A stretch of 45,436 bases of DNA from Folioceros fuciformis (lineage: Eukaryota): the NCBI GenBank assembly GCA_049999805.1, contig JBNGIO010006320.1, positions 418,354-463,789 on the forward strand, in the 5' to 3' direction. This document shows, piece after piece, positions 22,828 to 34,839 of this stretch (its first letter is position 1; every line of letters starts with the position of its first letter). The position numbers and the translations under genes are program-made. The notes beneath the pieces are model-generated. The model saw only the letters and a list, made by a program, of their open reading frames with translations. It was not told the DNA's origin and searched no databases.

Positions 22828-25800
22828 CTATTGAATTGTTTGTCTCCTATACTCCTTCGGAAAATAAGTAACCCCATGATTATCTTGTAGACCGTAAAAC
22901 GTCTCACCTTCACTTACATCTTGCATTGCAGCTATTTTCTCAAACTCTTTCTTAGCTATGTCCTTTTTACCTTGAATGATCAAGGTATTCCCATATTTGA
23001 ATCTCACAGTGACATTTGTTGGCCTCTCATTAATTGCCTCATAATATGCCCTTTCAGCACAACTACATCAACACATGAAAGATGATCTATCACAAATTGC
23101 CTATACCCATAAGTCAATCAATCAATCCTAATGCGCAACAACGTTACAATAATTTCATACCTGTACATGCCGGAATTCGCAAATGAATCACCTATATCTT
23201 CCAACAACTTGGGATTGAGAAAGGTTTTCAAGCTTTGCTCGAGTGATAACTCCGCATCTTTAAATCTCTCGAGAGTAAGAGCCATTAGTATCAAGTATCC
23301 CCATATCTTAAAATTTGTAATGTCCTTACAGTTTCCCTCTACCAAAAAAATCTCTGCTTGTTCAAAGTTTCCCAAACAGTAATACGATATGCCAGCTCCA
23401 AGCCAAAAGCTGCAAAATTCCGGCTTCAATTTGCAGCCTTTGATAAACAGCTTTCGAGCAACATTATAGTTCCCTAATTGTAGATTTGAATACCCAAGTT
23501 CGATATAAACATAAATATTTAAGTTTCTATTTTGAATTGAACGTTCCTCGATGTACCGCCTTAACTGCATTGTTACATTCGAAACAAATCAAAACTCAGT
23601 TAAGCATTCCAAAGTTTTCTTTCTTTTTGATTGTAAGTAAACGATGCAACACATTAGTCTTCTGCACTCGCACCTTTTCAAATGCGAAAATTGCATCCTC
23701 ATGTCTATGTTCAAGATATCTCAAGTGACCTAAACTATACCACAAGGATGTGTCATGCGGATGCTCTTCCAAGGATTCTACAATCACTCTTCCAGCTTTA
23801 ACATATTCGCCCATGACTTCATATGCTTTTGCACAACATAGGGCTTTGTCGGTCTCACAAGAGAACAAATCGGTATCTACTCCCAAGAGCTGGAAGCATT
23901 ATTATTAATGCATATTATTTCATATTAATTTTCTGATTTTAAAATTTATAATATACATAATTATAAATCAATCCAAGGTGCACATAACATGACTCGATCA
24001 TAAAATGTACCTGAATGGCTTCCTTCGGTAGATGAATATCTACTAAGAAGATTGCTGCATCCACGAAAGGTGAGCTTGCTCCTAATGCACGAGACTCGAA
24101 GATGGGTTGAGAAAGACAAAATGGAAAAATCCATTGTGGGGATAGTAAAAGGTGCGGTGGAGCATATTCATTAAGATCTTTTTTCAATAATTCATGCAAT
24201 TTCTCAGCTCGTCTAATGCACGTTTTGCTATGTATTCTTTCTCCACGAGCTAAATAAACCTGATAGGTTTGCCAAATATCGTCGTGCACTTACTTAGACC
24301 AAGTATCGAAAACGATCTCGCACACATCGATACAATATGATAAGACAAGACACTCTGTTAAGTGACTTACTTGACTAAGAAGCATCCATGGAATGAACTC
24401 TTCGTCAATGTGAACATCTGTGGCTTTGCGAAATAAAACTTGTGCTTTTTCCAAATAATTTCGATGCCACATAAGTGCTCCCAGTGCCATCAAGCTTAGA
24501 ACATGATCTTGTTTCAATGAGATTGCCTCCCTGAAACACTCTTCTGCTTTCCCATGATCTTTAGGTTTAACCTATGCGTAGTTCAAATAAACATGTTTGA
24601 GTTGCATATAAATAGTCAAATTATTTAAATTAAATTAAATAATTAAACATAAATGTGAAGGGGATGGTGTGTACCCGCATGCAAAATGTTCCATATTCAA
24701 ACCAAATATCTGGATCTTTAATGCCAATTTCACCAATCAACCTCTCTAGATGATATTTATTGGCACTCCTCCAATCTGCATCATTCTGTAAGTAATTTTA
24801 TTGGAATTTATAGTTTCATATTTATTGTGTCATATTAAAATATATTATAAAATATATATTTTAAGATATAATCAGTAATATATATGATCATCTATTATGT
24901 TCTTTGTTACCTCATATTGATCAGCTTTTTCTCTTAAATTTTGAAGCTTAGCAATGGACTCTGGTTGGTCCCTATCAAATCTTTCCGCCATCTTTTCACA
25001 AGTGTTCTTTCTCTATATAATAAATAATAATAAGTAAATAAATATTGGATATATTAAAATTTTAAGTAATCTCATAATATTAACTTATACTTTCCTCTTA
25101 GTTGCGTACATACATACCTTGTTCAGTAGATCCAACAAACATTCTTGAATTTCGTCCATTAAATACATATATAATGCATTACAAAACTCAAACTTTCCTA
25201 CTCCCAAAGCTTCTTGCTTATCCACTTTGAACTTTTCAGTAGCTATTTGCATGATCTTATCTTTCATATCCTCTCTAATCTGTTTCCATGTTCCAACAGC
25301 ATGAAGTTCTTGAACAAGAATCTTCCTTCTCCTTTCTTTGTTCCTCGATCTTTACAAAAGGATCAGAAATCCATGTACTTTAGAATGCAGATTAGAATGA
25401 AGTAACATGTGGATAACATAATTCTTCAAACCAAACCATGCACTTTACCGGTTACTTGGTTCATCATCTGGGTCCTCCTTCTTAGCATTCGAAGGATCTA
25501 GTTTGCCATCATCAACCAGAGTGTGATAAAAGTTTGCAAGCTCCACAGCACTTGACATCACAAAATCTCTAAATTCTTGGGCGGCAATTTCTCCTGTGTC
25601 ATAAACGGTAGGAGCTTTTGGCTTTGCTCCGATAAACGATAATAAGTCGACTTCAGGTTGTGGAGGAGGTACCCAAATTGGCTCTAATGGCCGACTTAGC
25701 TTTATAGTCATGATAACTTCTGCTTGGACTTGATTCCATGCATTTAGTATTGGAGTCAAGGGTGTTTGTTCTGAGTTGGGTTTTTCTCCAGCTTCTTTGG

Positions 25801-28163
25801 GTGATTTGATGTCCTTAGCTGATTTAGGTGACTTCACTTCCTTTTCCTTAGTGCCCTCGACGGCTGGTTTTCCCTTTTTGCTTATTGCTTCCTTTGTTTT
25901 AATCGTAGTAGTCTCTTCGTCATCAACTGGCTTTGATTTAGCTGTGACAACTCTATCAATTTGAGGAGGGCATAGTGGCGGAGGTTCTTCAATTACAAGC
26001 TCAGGAAGTATTGGACATGTTATTGTAACCTCTGTGGCGCCTTCTCCAAGCAAACCTGACAAACCATACATATCAAAGTTTCCATGATACCTTTGGAAAA
26101 AAGGATCCACTAGATCAGGTTGCTCATCCTTGAGATATCTTGCGATTTCTCCTGAATATTTCTTCTTCTTTTTTAGACTCAAGAGTAGCTCGTCTACTGC
26201 TTCTCCAGGCAAAAATCTTCTACAAGAAGCTGCCTCCCACTTTAAGAATTTCTTCTTTCTCTCCAAAAGTATTTCTTCTTTTGTTTTCTCAACAACTTTG
26301 GGAGTATCTGAGTGTTTCCCATCTTTCGAAGAATTTTTAGCAGTATTTTCCTTTGCTCCTTCTTTTCCTACCCCTTTGATTTCAAGATCTCCTTCCTTCT
26401 TTTTGGTTTTCTCTCCTTTCTCCTTGACCTTACTAGACTCTTCCTTTTCTTTGGTTTTCTTTGAATCTCCTATCTCTTCATTAGGTTTGTTGCTATTCAA
26501 TCCGGCATCTAGAGTTTGAGCTTCTGCTAGCTTAGCTTCTTCAAGCAATTCAGGGAATAAGACTGGAGGTGGTGGGTCCATTTCAAGTGTATCAGTACTT
26601 GCAGTTATTCTACACAACTCATTCTTTTCTTCTTGCTCAATTCCTCTTAAGTTTTTCCACCATGCGCCTGTAAATCCAGGAATATAAAATCCTAGCTTAT
26701 AGTTGAAGGGATTAGTGCCTTGCTCAAAAAAATCTAAGACTTTTAATGGAAGTGGTCGCACTTTAACTTCAGTAATCTCCATAAAAAGACCCTCTTCTTG
26801 ATTGATTTTTGACAAAAGAGGGTAGCTTGTATGCAGTGTGACTTTAAGGGAAGCCCCTGGAAGCAAAGCAGGCTCTTGTGTTGCATCGCTCTTCCCCTTC
26901 TTGTTTGATGATTTGTTGTCTTTCCCCTCTTTCCCTCCCTTCTCTATTTTCTTCTCTGGTGGGTTCTTTGGAGGTGCACCTTTTTTTCCTTTTTTGCCAC
27001 TTGTTTCATCTGAACTAGACTCCACTAGTAGCTCTAGTGGATAAGCAAATTGCAAGGGATTTTCAGGGCTGCCTTCGGAGTGTGTGTGAAAATGTAGTAG
27101 AGGGTTTAGATCTACTTTAGTCTTTGCAATTGCAACTTTGGAACTACCATCATGTGATAATTTGTAAAGTGTTATTACGATTGGCTCATGCATAAATGTA
27201 TGCCACAGCTTCCATTCACTAAATCTTTCAATTTCCCTGAAGATTCATGAACTAGAGATGAAGATGGGCTGTCGATCAAGACAAACAAAAATACATGTAA
27301 AAATCGAACAATAAAAAAAAAAATTTACCTGCCGACTCTCATCTCAAAGGTGGCTGGTACAGGTGGCGGAGGTGGCTCCTCGGCTTCCTTGGCTTTCTTA
27401 TTTCCCTTCTTGTCATCTTTCTTCTCTTGGGTTTTCTTCCCCTCCTTTGGAGTATTTCCTTTGCTATGGTCACTTTTCTTACTACCCGGCGTGCTTGGTG
27501 CAGAATGCACAAAAACCTCCCTACCGGGCATGATATCTTCTTTCGGTGGGATATTTGGTGTTGAACCCTTTAAAGGCAGAAGCATCTACATGACACTAAA
27601 GTACATGAATGTCAGATTTACACTCGGCCAATACATCAGCAGAAACCAAAGTTCTCACACTAGTATTCAGGCATGTATCCTCCTAAAACATAGGCTGGGT
27701 GTTGTACTTGATACGGAGCAATGTCAATTTCAGATGCGTCAGCCGACATCGGGCTTCTTGGTGTCTTGGGAGATCTGGATGACTCAAGGTCGCTGGCCTC
27801 CTCCCCAGATGAGGAAGCCTGTTTCTCTCCTGGAAACTGAATGGAGACTGCTGCTCTAGATTTCGGCACATCGTCTCCTTCCAGATTCCACACTCCTTCT
27901 GCTGTAAGAACGTCCAGCCTAATCACACAAGGAGGAGTCGGTACGATAGGCGGAGGCTTTTCCACATGTATTCTACAATGTGGTTTGTATCCATGATCTT
28001 CCGGGATGTAGGGCTTCCTGATTTCATCGGAGAAATCAAAAGATGGATTTACTCCCACCGGGCCTCCTAATTGCAACGGCGGCACCTGGTTGAGATATTG
28101 GAAGTGGGCAACTTCTCTTTCTCGAACCGGATCTACGGGGTAGGATTTGGGAACTCTGGCCAT
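22828..28163 (-). CDS. CFAP70: Cilia- and flagella-associated protein 70 (CFAP70/TTC18-like; C2-like N-terminus, C-terminal TPRs)
   Basis: Well-supported exons: 27585-27329, 27236-25449, 25349-25118, 25012-24911, 24785-24675, 24571-24371, 24259-24011, 23889-23674, 23564-23161, 23062-(22828). Motifs HEPIVITLY..AKTKVDLNPLL, RRRKILVQELH..GTWKQIREDMK..EKF, LYMYLMDEI, ERL..PDIWFEYGTFC..KAEECFREAISL..HVLSL, plus TPRs, match recalled CFAP70. Inclusion of the first exon (from 28163) and the exact 3' end are uncertain. Confidence 0.8.
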
Positions 28164-28827
28164 CCTTGAGAACCGTCGACGCTCAATTATGCAGTGAGTA
28201 AAGCTCTTGCCTCCCGAGTTTCTTTCTCACGCCCATCCATATCATCGAATGTCTGGCATTTCCGCTTACTCCAGGCTGGAAAGACATCCCATCTTTCCCA
28301 TGTCACTTTCATTCCACCACCTCATGAATGTGTAGCTCCTGTAGAACGAAAGTATTTGTTCCCACACATCATGCCCCACCAGAGTCATGCTTAGGGCATG
28401 GCAGGTTCATTTCAACCTCAACCTGAGGCGGTCTTCTTCTCATGCATCGTCTACAGGTGACATCAGCCTCGTGCATGGCGCCCGGCGCCAACACAGACAG
28501 CTTCTCCACTATCGTCCCTACAAACGCTTTCCGAGACACAGCGACCGACGGGGCAAGCGCTATGCAACCGACATAAGACGGTTCTGTTTCGTCTCTGTTT
28601 AGTCTACATCCAGCCCAGCTTTGCATCTATGCTAATTTCTAACTAGGGCCAGACCTGGGACGGTGCTGAAACAGGCCTGAACTAGCCCTAAACTACCACT
28701 TACTGTCCAAGCCTCTGATGATGCACTCTTCACAGCTGACCTTCTAACTGAAAGAACCTCATGGTATCTCTGTTACACACGGAGACAAGAACAAGATGAA
28801 GAACGCAATCAGCGTGAAAACCTGGCC

Positions 28828-28911
28828 GGTGCTCAGATACAGAATGGATTTAGGTTTCATCCAAGCCTTACAGAAGGCTCTGCTTAACGAGATATAGCTC
28901 ATCACTGCACC
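28828..28911 (-). ncRNA. U30: Box C/D snoRNA, U30-like (25S rRNA 2'-O-methyl-A guide), copy 1
   Basis: Minus strand: terminal stem GGTGC/GCACC, C box GTGATGA, guide ATCTCGTTAA, D' CAGA, internal stem AGCCT/AGGCT, C' GGATGA, element AATCCATTC, D box CTGA. Guide and extra element are complementary to the conserved LSU rRNA sequence GAAUGGAUUAACGAGAU. Confidence 0.88.
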
Positions 28912-29388
28912 CCAAGCTCCTGAGGCCACTGATAAAGGGCACAAGGCAGCAATCACAGTGTTATCCTCCCTGCAGGAAATTTTTGCATCACACATCTGCA
29001 GCCCTAGGAGGTAAATCGGATCGACCTCAGGTTGGTGGCAAGCTGCTGTGGTGTCTGGTAAGGGCACCGGCTGTAAGATGTGAGAACGTATTGTCTAGCC
29101 TTCACCATCCAACCGTGCGCTGTATCACAATGCTCTGCCTCCACCATTGTAACAAAAATGGATACAACAAGCGAAGGATTCACAGGTTATGCTACGGGAC
29201 ACGCACTAAACAATTCTTTGAATGGGACTAGAATGCAAAACTCCCTAAAGAATCCACCTGAAGAAACAAAGAGAGAACACACGCAAGTACATCAAGGCAC
29301 AAAAGAGGAGGATTCCGCTGCACATAGTGCGATTCTGGCTGTCTGCGCGCAAACACGAACCCGCTGTGAGCAGCAACAACAACGAACT

Positions 29389-29949
29389 TCAGTAGTTCAC
29401 ATCCGCTCCCTCCTCTGCATATCCCCAGAAATCGTTGTCATCGTCGTTCTGCTTAGCAGACCTCTTGGCAGCATCTTCGCCCTCCCGGGGCTGGAAGGGG
29501 CCGCGCCGGGGCTTCCTCCTGCGCGCGGCCTGCTTCCGTTTCACGATATCCTGCGGTGTCTCGAAGAAACGGCGGCGGCGGCACTCGGGAATGACTCCCG
29601 CCTGCATCACAGCCTTGCGGAAGCGTCGCACCACGCTGTCAGCTGGCTCGTCCTCCCCGCAGAACACCTGCGCGTTGTAGGCTCCCTTGAACCACATGAG
29701 ATTTGCATGCTGCAGCGCCGGGCAGCTCACCACAGCCGCAGCGTCTGTGCTCCAGCTCAGAGCTTCTGTTGCCGCTGCTAGCGCCGAGTTCTCCCGGACT
29801 TGCACCATGAGCCGGCCATGACCGGGGGTGCTGCTCACGCTCACGCTGCCGCTGCCGCTGCTCCCGGATGTGGATGCGTCCGAGGAACAGCGCGGCGTGA
29901 TGGCCACTCTCGCCAAGGACCCCAACATCGTCGCCATCGCCAATGCCAT
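29389..29949 (-). CDS. RPS21: Plastid 30S ribosomal protein bS21 with transit peptide, no intron in the CDS
   Basis: Ser/Ala-rich N-terminus, then LQHANLMWFKGAYNAQV..EDEPADSVVRRFRKAVMQAGVIPECRRRRFFE..KRK, the plant plastid S21 signature. Confidence 0.92.
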   Translation of the reverse strand: MALAMATMLGSLARVAITPRCSSDASTSGSSGSGSVSVSSTPGHGRLMVQVRENSALAAATEALSWSTDAAAVVSCPALQHANLMWFKGAYNAQVFCGEDEPADSVVRRFRKAVMQAGVIPECRRRRFFETPQDIVKRKQAARRRKPRRGPFQPREGEDAAKRSAKQNDDDNDFWGYAEEGADVNY

Positions 29950-32125
29950 CTCGCAAATGCTTAGGGCCTTCCTCCTTCCGTCCCAACGGGTTTGGCTTAT
30001 TTACCGACTCCTATCCTGACTAAGTGATTGCAATTACGTCCGAAACAATGTGTTTCCGAAAACCCACGTTGTAGCCCAACTGGCATGCAGAATCAGGCAG
30101 GCAGACAACGAGGCTGGAGGGCGTGGAGAACGCTGGGCTGGGACATATGCTGATGTTCACACTTGGAAGGGAGTTCACGTTTCCGAGTCGAGATTGGAAA
30201 TTGGAATGTCGATGTCTCTCACCACATTTGCAGACTGTGGCATGGTTCTCGAATGCTGCCGCCTAGCTGTCTACCCCATCAGCTCCCAAATTCGTTTTGT
30301 CAACTTGACCGAATGGCTGAGAGTACTCCTGCAGGCAGCGTAGCTGCTGCTTTCACTTTCACTCAGCTTCCACATCCATTCTGTCACCTTCACAGCCACT
30401 AGCTTGAAGTTAGTGCTCCCGCCATTGTCTCAAGGGACACAGGGCTGTTGTGCAGGTTATGCCATGGATGCCCTTAGACGGATGATCCGCAAGTGGTCCG
30501 CAAACCCTTCATTCTTGCAAGGGCTTGCACTTTCTCAGGGGGTGCTAGCGTTCACAGTAGGAAGGAATTGTTCATGTTTCTGAATCCGGAATGGCCCGGA
30601 ATGTCCACAAACCTCAGAACATTTGCAAACTGCAGCATGATTCTCAGAACCGTAGAGAGCAACAGTTTCACGATCAAAACATCACGGCATCCATCACGGG
30701 TCTGGGCTCAAATGCTCAGAATCTCATAACTGTATTAGACAGGCACAGCAAGGAGGGTTTGGATAAGGTAGATACATATATTCATGCGGCATAGGTAGCA
30801 TGGCGCTGCAAACGCGGCCGCATCAAGCATGGATCAAGAGCTTGAGTTCTGGGGAACTAGCGGCTTCATACTCAGGTGACCAGGTGACACTATCCATGGA
30901 TTAAATGGTAGCGGCTACGAATCACGAAGGCTTCGGTACCGCTGCCAGACGAGGGGATGGTCTTGGATCGTGCGCATTCTGACTTCAGTTGCTGTAACAT
31001 GCGTCCATTAATACGGTACACAGATCGCCTCTGATTGACGGTGCCAGATGACCAATTTGGTATCGTGTGATCAATGCATTTACAAATTCAAAACTTGCAT
31101 ATGCTAGTAATGTGTATTGGCGATGGACCAACTTGTGGATCTCTATGATACACCAAGTTATGGACGTCTATATGATGCACCTAGATGATGATGCACTTTC
31201 AGTCAATTCGAGGGCGTGTCCCGCAATGCCGAGTGGAAAGTGGTGTGAAGCCCAGCGTCGGACCTGGAACGATATCTTCGGATCGGATAGGGCATCCGCC
31301 ATCAACCAGTGTGCTGCAGGATCTGGGGGTGCTTGAGGTGCTCGACTGTTACGGTATTTCCAGCCCTTTTCCTGAAGCCGTAAGGCTGCTTAAGAAGCTG
31401 AGATCGATCGTTGACGCCCACCGGCACCCCGTTTTTCGTCCCGCTCCCGCGCATCAACCCTGGCAGTTGCGGAGACCAATTTCGTCGGTGCCATCCCTCT
31501 CTTTCGGAAACCTTGTCTTGCTCAAGGAGCTGTGGATCGGAGCCTGGGACGGCGGCATAGAGTGGTGGCGAGGCGACGACGAGCGGTCCTCATACAAAAG
31601 TGCGACTTCTGGATCTATCCCTCGCTAGCTAGGGAAGCTTTCCAACTTGAAGATATGGCTTGCCGCTCGCCTGTCCTTCGCTCGTCTTCCTCCTCTTCAA
31701 TTTCTACCAAAGAAGTCCTGAACAAGCTGGTCATTCACGGCACTCCGCGTCCGTGATTGTGGATTGTCCGGCGATTGTGAGAGGGTACTTCAAATAAGCA
31801 TACAGCTTTTTAGTTCAGGAAGGAGGACCTGTACAGAGGTTAGAAATTCGATGTACAGGTCGGGAATTTCTTCACCTTGTAATCCTAAACCTCTGCCACA
31901 AGGACCTTACCAGCAGGTTTCAGGGTTTGGATCAGTGTGGCGGTGCAGATCAGAAGGGCCCCCGCACATCAGGTGGTTTTGGTTAGTGTGCAATCTGTGC
32001 GGCATCGATCTTTACACATCCTAAAACCTGCAGATGCTTCAGGGACAGCATGCTAAGGGCGCATCTCAGATCCGACTGAAACAAACAAACAACCAGAACA
32101 AATATAAGAGGAGGACTATTTCACC

Positions 32126-32209
32126 GGTGCTCAGAAACAGAATGGATATGGTTTTCATCCAAGCCTGCAAGAAGGCTCTGCTTAACGAGATAAAGCTCAT
32201 CACTGCACC
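32126..32209 (-). ncRNA. U30: Box C/D snoRNA, U30-like, copy 2
   Basis: Same 84-nt architecture as copy 1: GGTGC/GCACC stem, GTGATGA, ATCTCGTTAA-G-CAGA, GGATGA, ATCCATTC, CTGA. Differences lie outside the boxes and guide. Confidence 0.88.
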
Positions 32210-32400
32210 TTCTTTCCGACAGCGACATGACTCAGCCAAAACCTACAAGGCAAATCACAGTCATATCCGATGCTCACGCTCCAGACAAAGATCTGACCTG
32301 AAGCCCAGCGTTTCGCGATGCCGGTATAGCCTACGGTAGAGATAGCAGCACTCCATGACAGGACTTCCAAAACTCAACCGAATCGCCTGAAATGCTGAAA

Positions 32401-32422
32401 TTTATACGACTCTAACCCTAAT
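32401..32422 (-). promoter_or_regulatory. TATA box plus adjacent telo-box-like element; probable promoter of the snoRNA host transcript
   Basis: Minus-strand TATAAA at 32406-32401 and AACCCTAAT at 32414-32422, ~200 bp upstream of snoRNA copy 2. Telo-box plus TATA is typical of plant ribosome-biogenesis and snoRNA promoters. Confidence 0.6.
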
Positions 32423-34839
32423 TTGGTCTCGGCCACCTATCAACCTACGTGTGGTTCCCTGATGGCAAGGATACGCTGGATGGTCCCTAAGGCCCTTGGA
32501 CAAGTGACCTGCCAGCAAACAATGTCATGTCCTTAGGATCACGGGTAGGCTGTCTATAGTTCAGCAACTAGAAGATGGTTGACTTCGTGGGACACGCACA
32601 GGAATGAGGTTTGAAGATAGGATGAGAAGCATTCATGAAGCGTAGCGAGTATGCAGCTGCAGAAGCCGCGTCAGGTTAGAATCTAGAGCTACAGTCCTGA
32701 GAGGAAGACTTGCAGTTTGAGGTGACCGGGTGGGGCGACATCGATGGATTGAACTCCCCAGCTTAACGGTTATGTCTGAAACCTTCCTTCCTGGGGGGGT
32801 GAGGAGGGATGCCAGTGTCCAAGCTGCGCTTCACGTGTGTGAAGTAGGCATTGTCCAGAATGCTTGATACGGTGAGATGCACCGTTACAACCATACCAGA
32901 CGATCACGATGGCTTGGAGCAAAATATGTAGCAGGCTACAGTAGCGTGGTCACACAGAAAAGAGTCCACGAAAACTGCCTCATCGGGAGGATTACCTACA
33001 CTGAGTCCGGAATGGAGTACCGACCCATATCTTAGAGAAAGTTTGGTCCACCACCTTGAGCAAACACGCCATCAGTCTTGCGTACCAGCCCCTCCCTTCC
33101 CCACTCGTCAGAGGTTGTGCTTCCACGGAAGGGAGCGTGCGACAGGTCGCGAGTGTCTGTATCAGCAGCGCAAAAGCCGTGAAGCTGGTGCAACGTGGGA
33201 GGGGTACTTTGTTTCTCTCCGTCTTCACGTCTTGCTCACATTGCACCGAGATTTGCAACGGAGAACCCCATGTTTTGGGACTCACTAGCTTTGGGCTCGT
33301 GGCTGGCATATGCTTAACCCACCTGACGTTGGCATCAGAGATACTTACACCATTTGGCCACGGGATCATTCCGTTTGCGTTGAGCCTTCAAGTTAGCCGG
33401 TGAACGTGTGCAAGAAGCATGCCTTCTGCTTTCATTTTTGCACCCTTCCACATTTTGTCTGCCATGCTGGTCGCTCTCATCTGTTCGAGGTTCCGGAGCC
33501 ACGCCTATTGCCGCAGGCTGTGTCAGCGATGCGCACATAATGATGACCGAAAAGGACACAGTGCAAGGCTGCCTTGAGACACCCGGGCGTGGTAGGTACT
33601 CTGGAACGGAAACGTTGCAGAGAAGTTACAGGGACGCGGACACGGACCATGATACTCACGGCGCCATGGGACGGCGAGTACTGCAGGGCGCGCGACAGTT
33701 CTTGAGGTAACGGTACCGTCTGCGAAGGGCCTCACAAACTGTCATACCTACCCACCTTCGTCCGGTACAACATTTTTGAACCAGCATCGTTTTCTGCCGC
33801 TCTGCAGATTCAGAGAGGAGAACTTTGTGCTCTTAGGAGCTTAGGGAGCGTTACAAGTAAGACCTTGTTGTCGTTAGAAGTGGATCGGATTTCTCACACT
33901 CCTCCCTCCATTTTGTCTGCACCAAACCTTGAGAAAGCAACCAAACCAAATGCGCCTTCGCCGCAACCGTCCTTGGAACAAATATGCTCAGATGAACAAT
34001 CTTCAGCCTCCATATGCTCACAATCGAGCTCGCTTCTTGTGTTTGTCCCACCAGTCCAGCCTAACTCAGACACTGCTGTACTGGTGACTGTAATCCTGCA
34101 TTTCGCACATTACCAGAAAACTATAATCATTTCTTCAACGAGTCAGAGAAATCTTTGAGAAACAGCTACACTGAAACTCGCTGTACCCTGATTCAGGATC
34201 TTCCTAAGCTGTCTGTTTTGGGTTTGTGCGACTAAGAGTGCCGGCATCTTTCTTGAGACTGACAGTGACGAGGAGACCTAGTCGTCCACGTTGATCACAA
34301 GGCTGGCACCATGCGTGCTGCTTGTAAAGAAAGATCATACAATCAGTGAGGTCTGAAGACTCGCAAGGCAGTATAATCGCTACGGCCGAAAGACAGTAAT
34401 TGTCTGAGAGGGGCCACGCCCTTCATGGCCACTGACAAGATGCGCCCCTTCCGAGTTCTTCAGCGGCAACGAGGGAGTCAGATGGTGTCTTCTAGTTCCC
34501 CCGATGCGCAAATTCCAGTGCGCTGCAAAAGGCGTGGGAGTCTTGTTGGAGCAAGCTTTCACTTGAGACCGGGCTTTCGCACCGAGACCGCAAGATTTGG
34601 CGGCCTGTAGTTTTCTTGTGTGCCTCACCGACCAAGGGCCCCTGTGACGTCTTTTCTCCCTCGGCCCGCTGTTGTAAGGATCTGCGATGTTAGCAACTTC
34701 TGGCAGTATAGTTTGCAATGGGAGGTGTTTTCCCTTCCTTCAGCGAGCCTTGACGAAATCTTTGTGTGGACGTTGCCCGTATGTAGATTGAGACTGACAT
34801 TGTAGAGCAAAGCTTGATGAGAGTTTTTGTAGGCATTCT

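Noticed and set aside
28590-28690. Minus-strand hairpin followed by AAATTA and a later ACA, H/ACA-like
   Set aside because: No symmetric pseudouridylation pocket, and the second hairpin is weak.
30050-31760. Possible decayed coding sequence (RFVDIPG, GTPase G3-like) and a ~50-bp degenerate repeat at ~30203 and ~30598
   Set aside because: Stops in all frames and no other GTPase motifs; needs BLASTX.
31875-31935. Hairpin plus ACA containing AAACCCTGAAACC, resembling an H/ACA RNA or a telomerase template
   Set aside because: No H box upstream, no identifiable target, an imperfect telomere template and no USE/TATA Pol III promoter.
32450-34720. Several 100-125-aa ORFs and minus-strand splice-like sites
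   Set aside because: No consistent exon chain or recognisable protein could be built; an orphan gene or lncRNA cannot be excluded.
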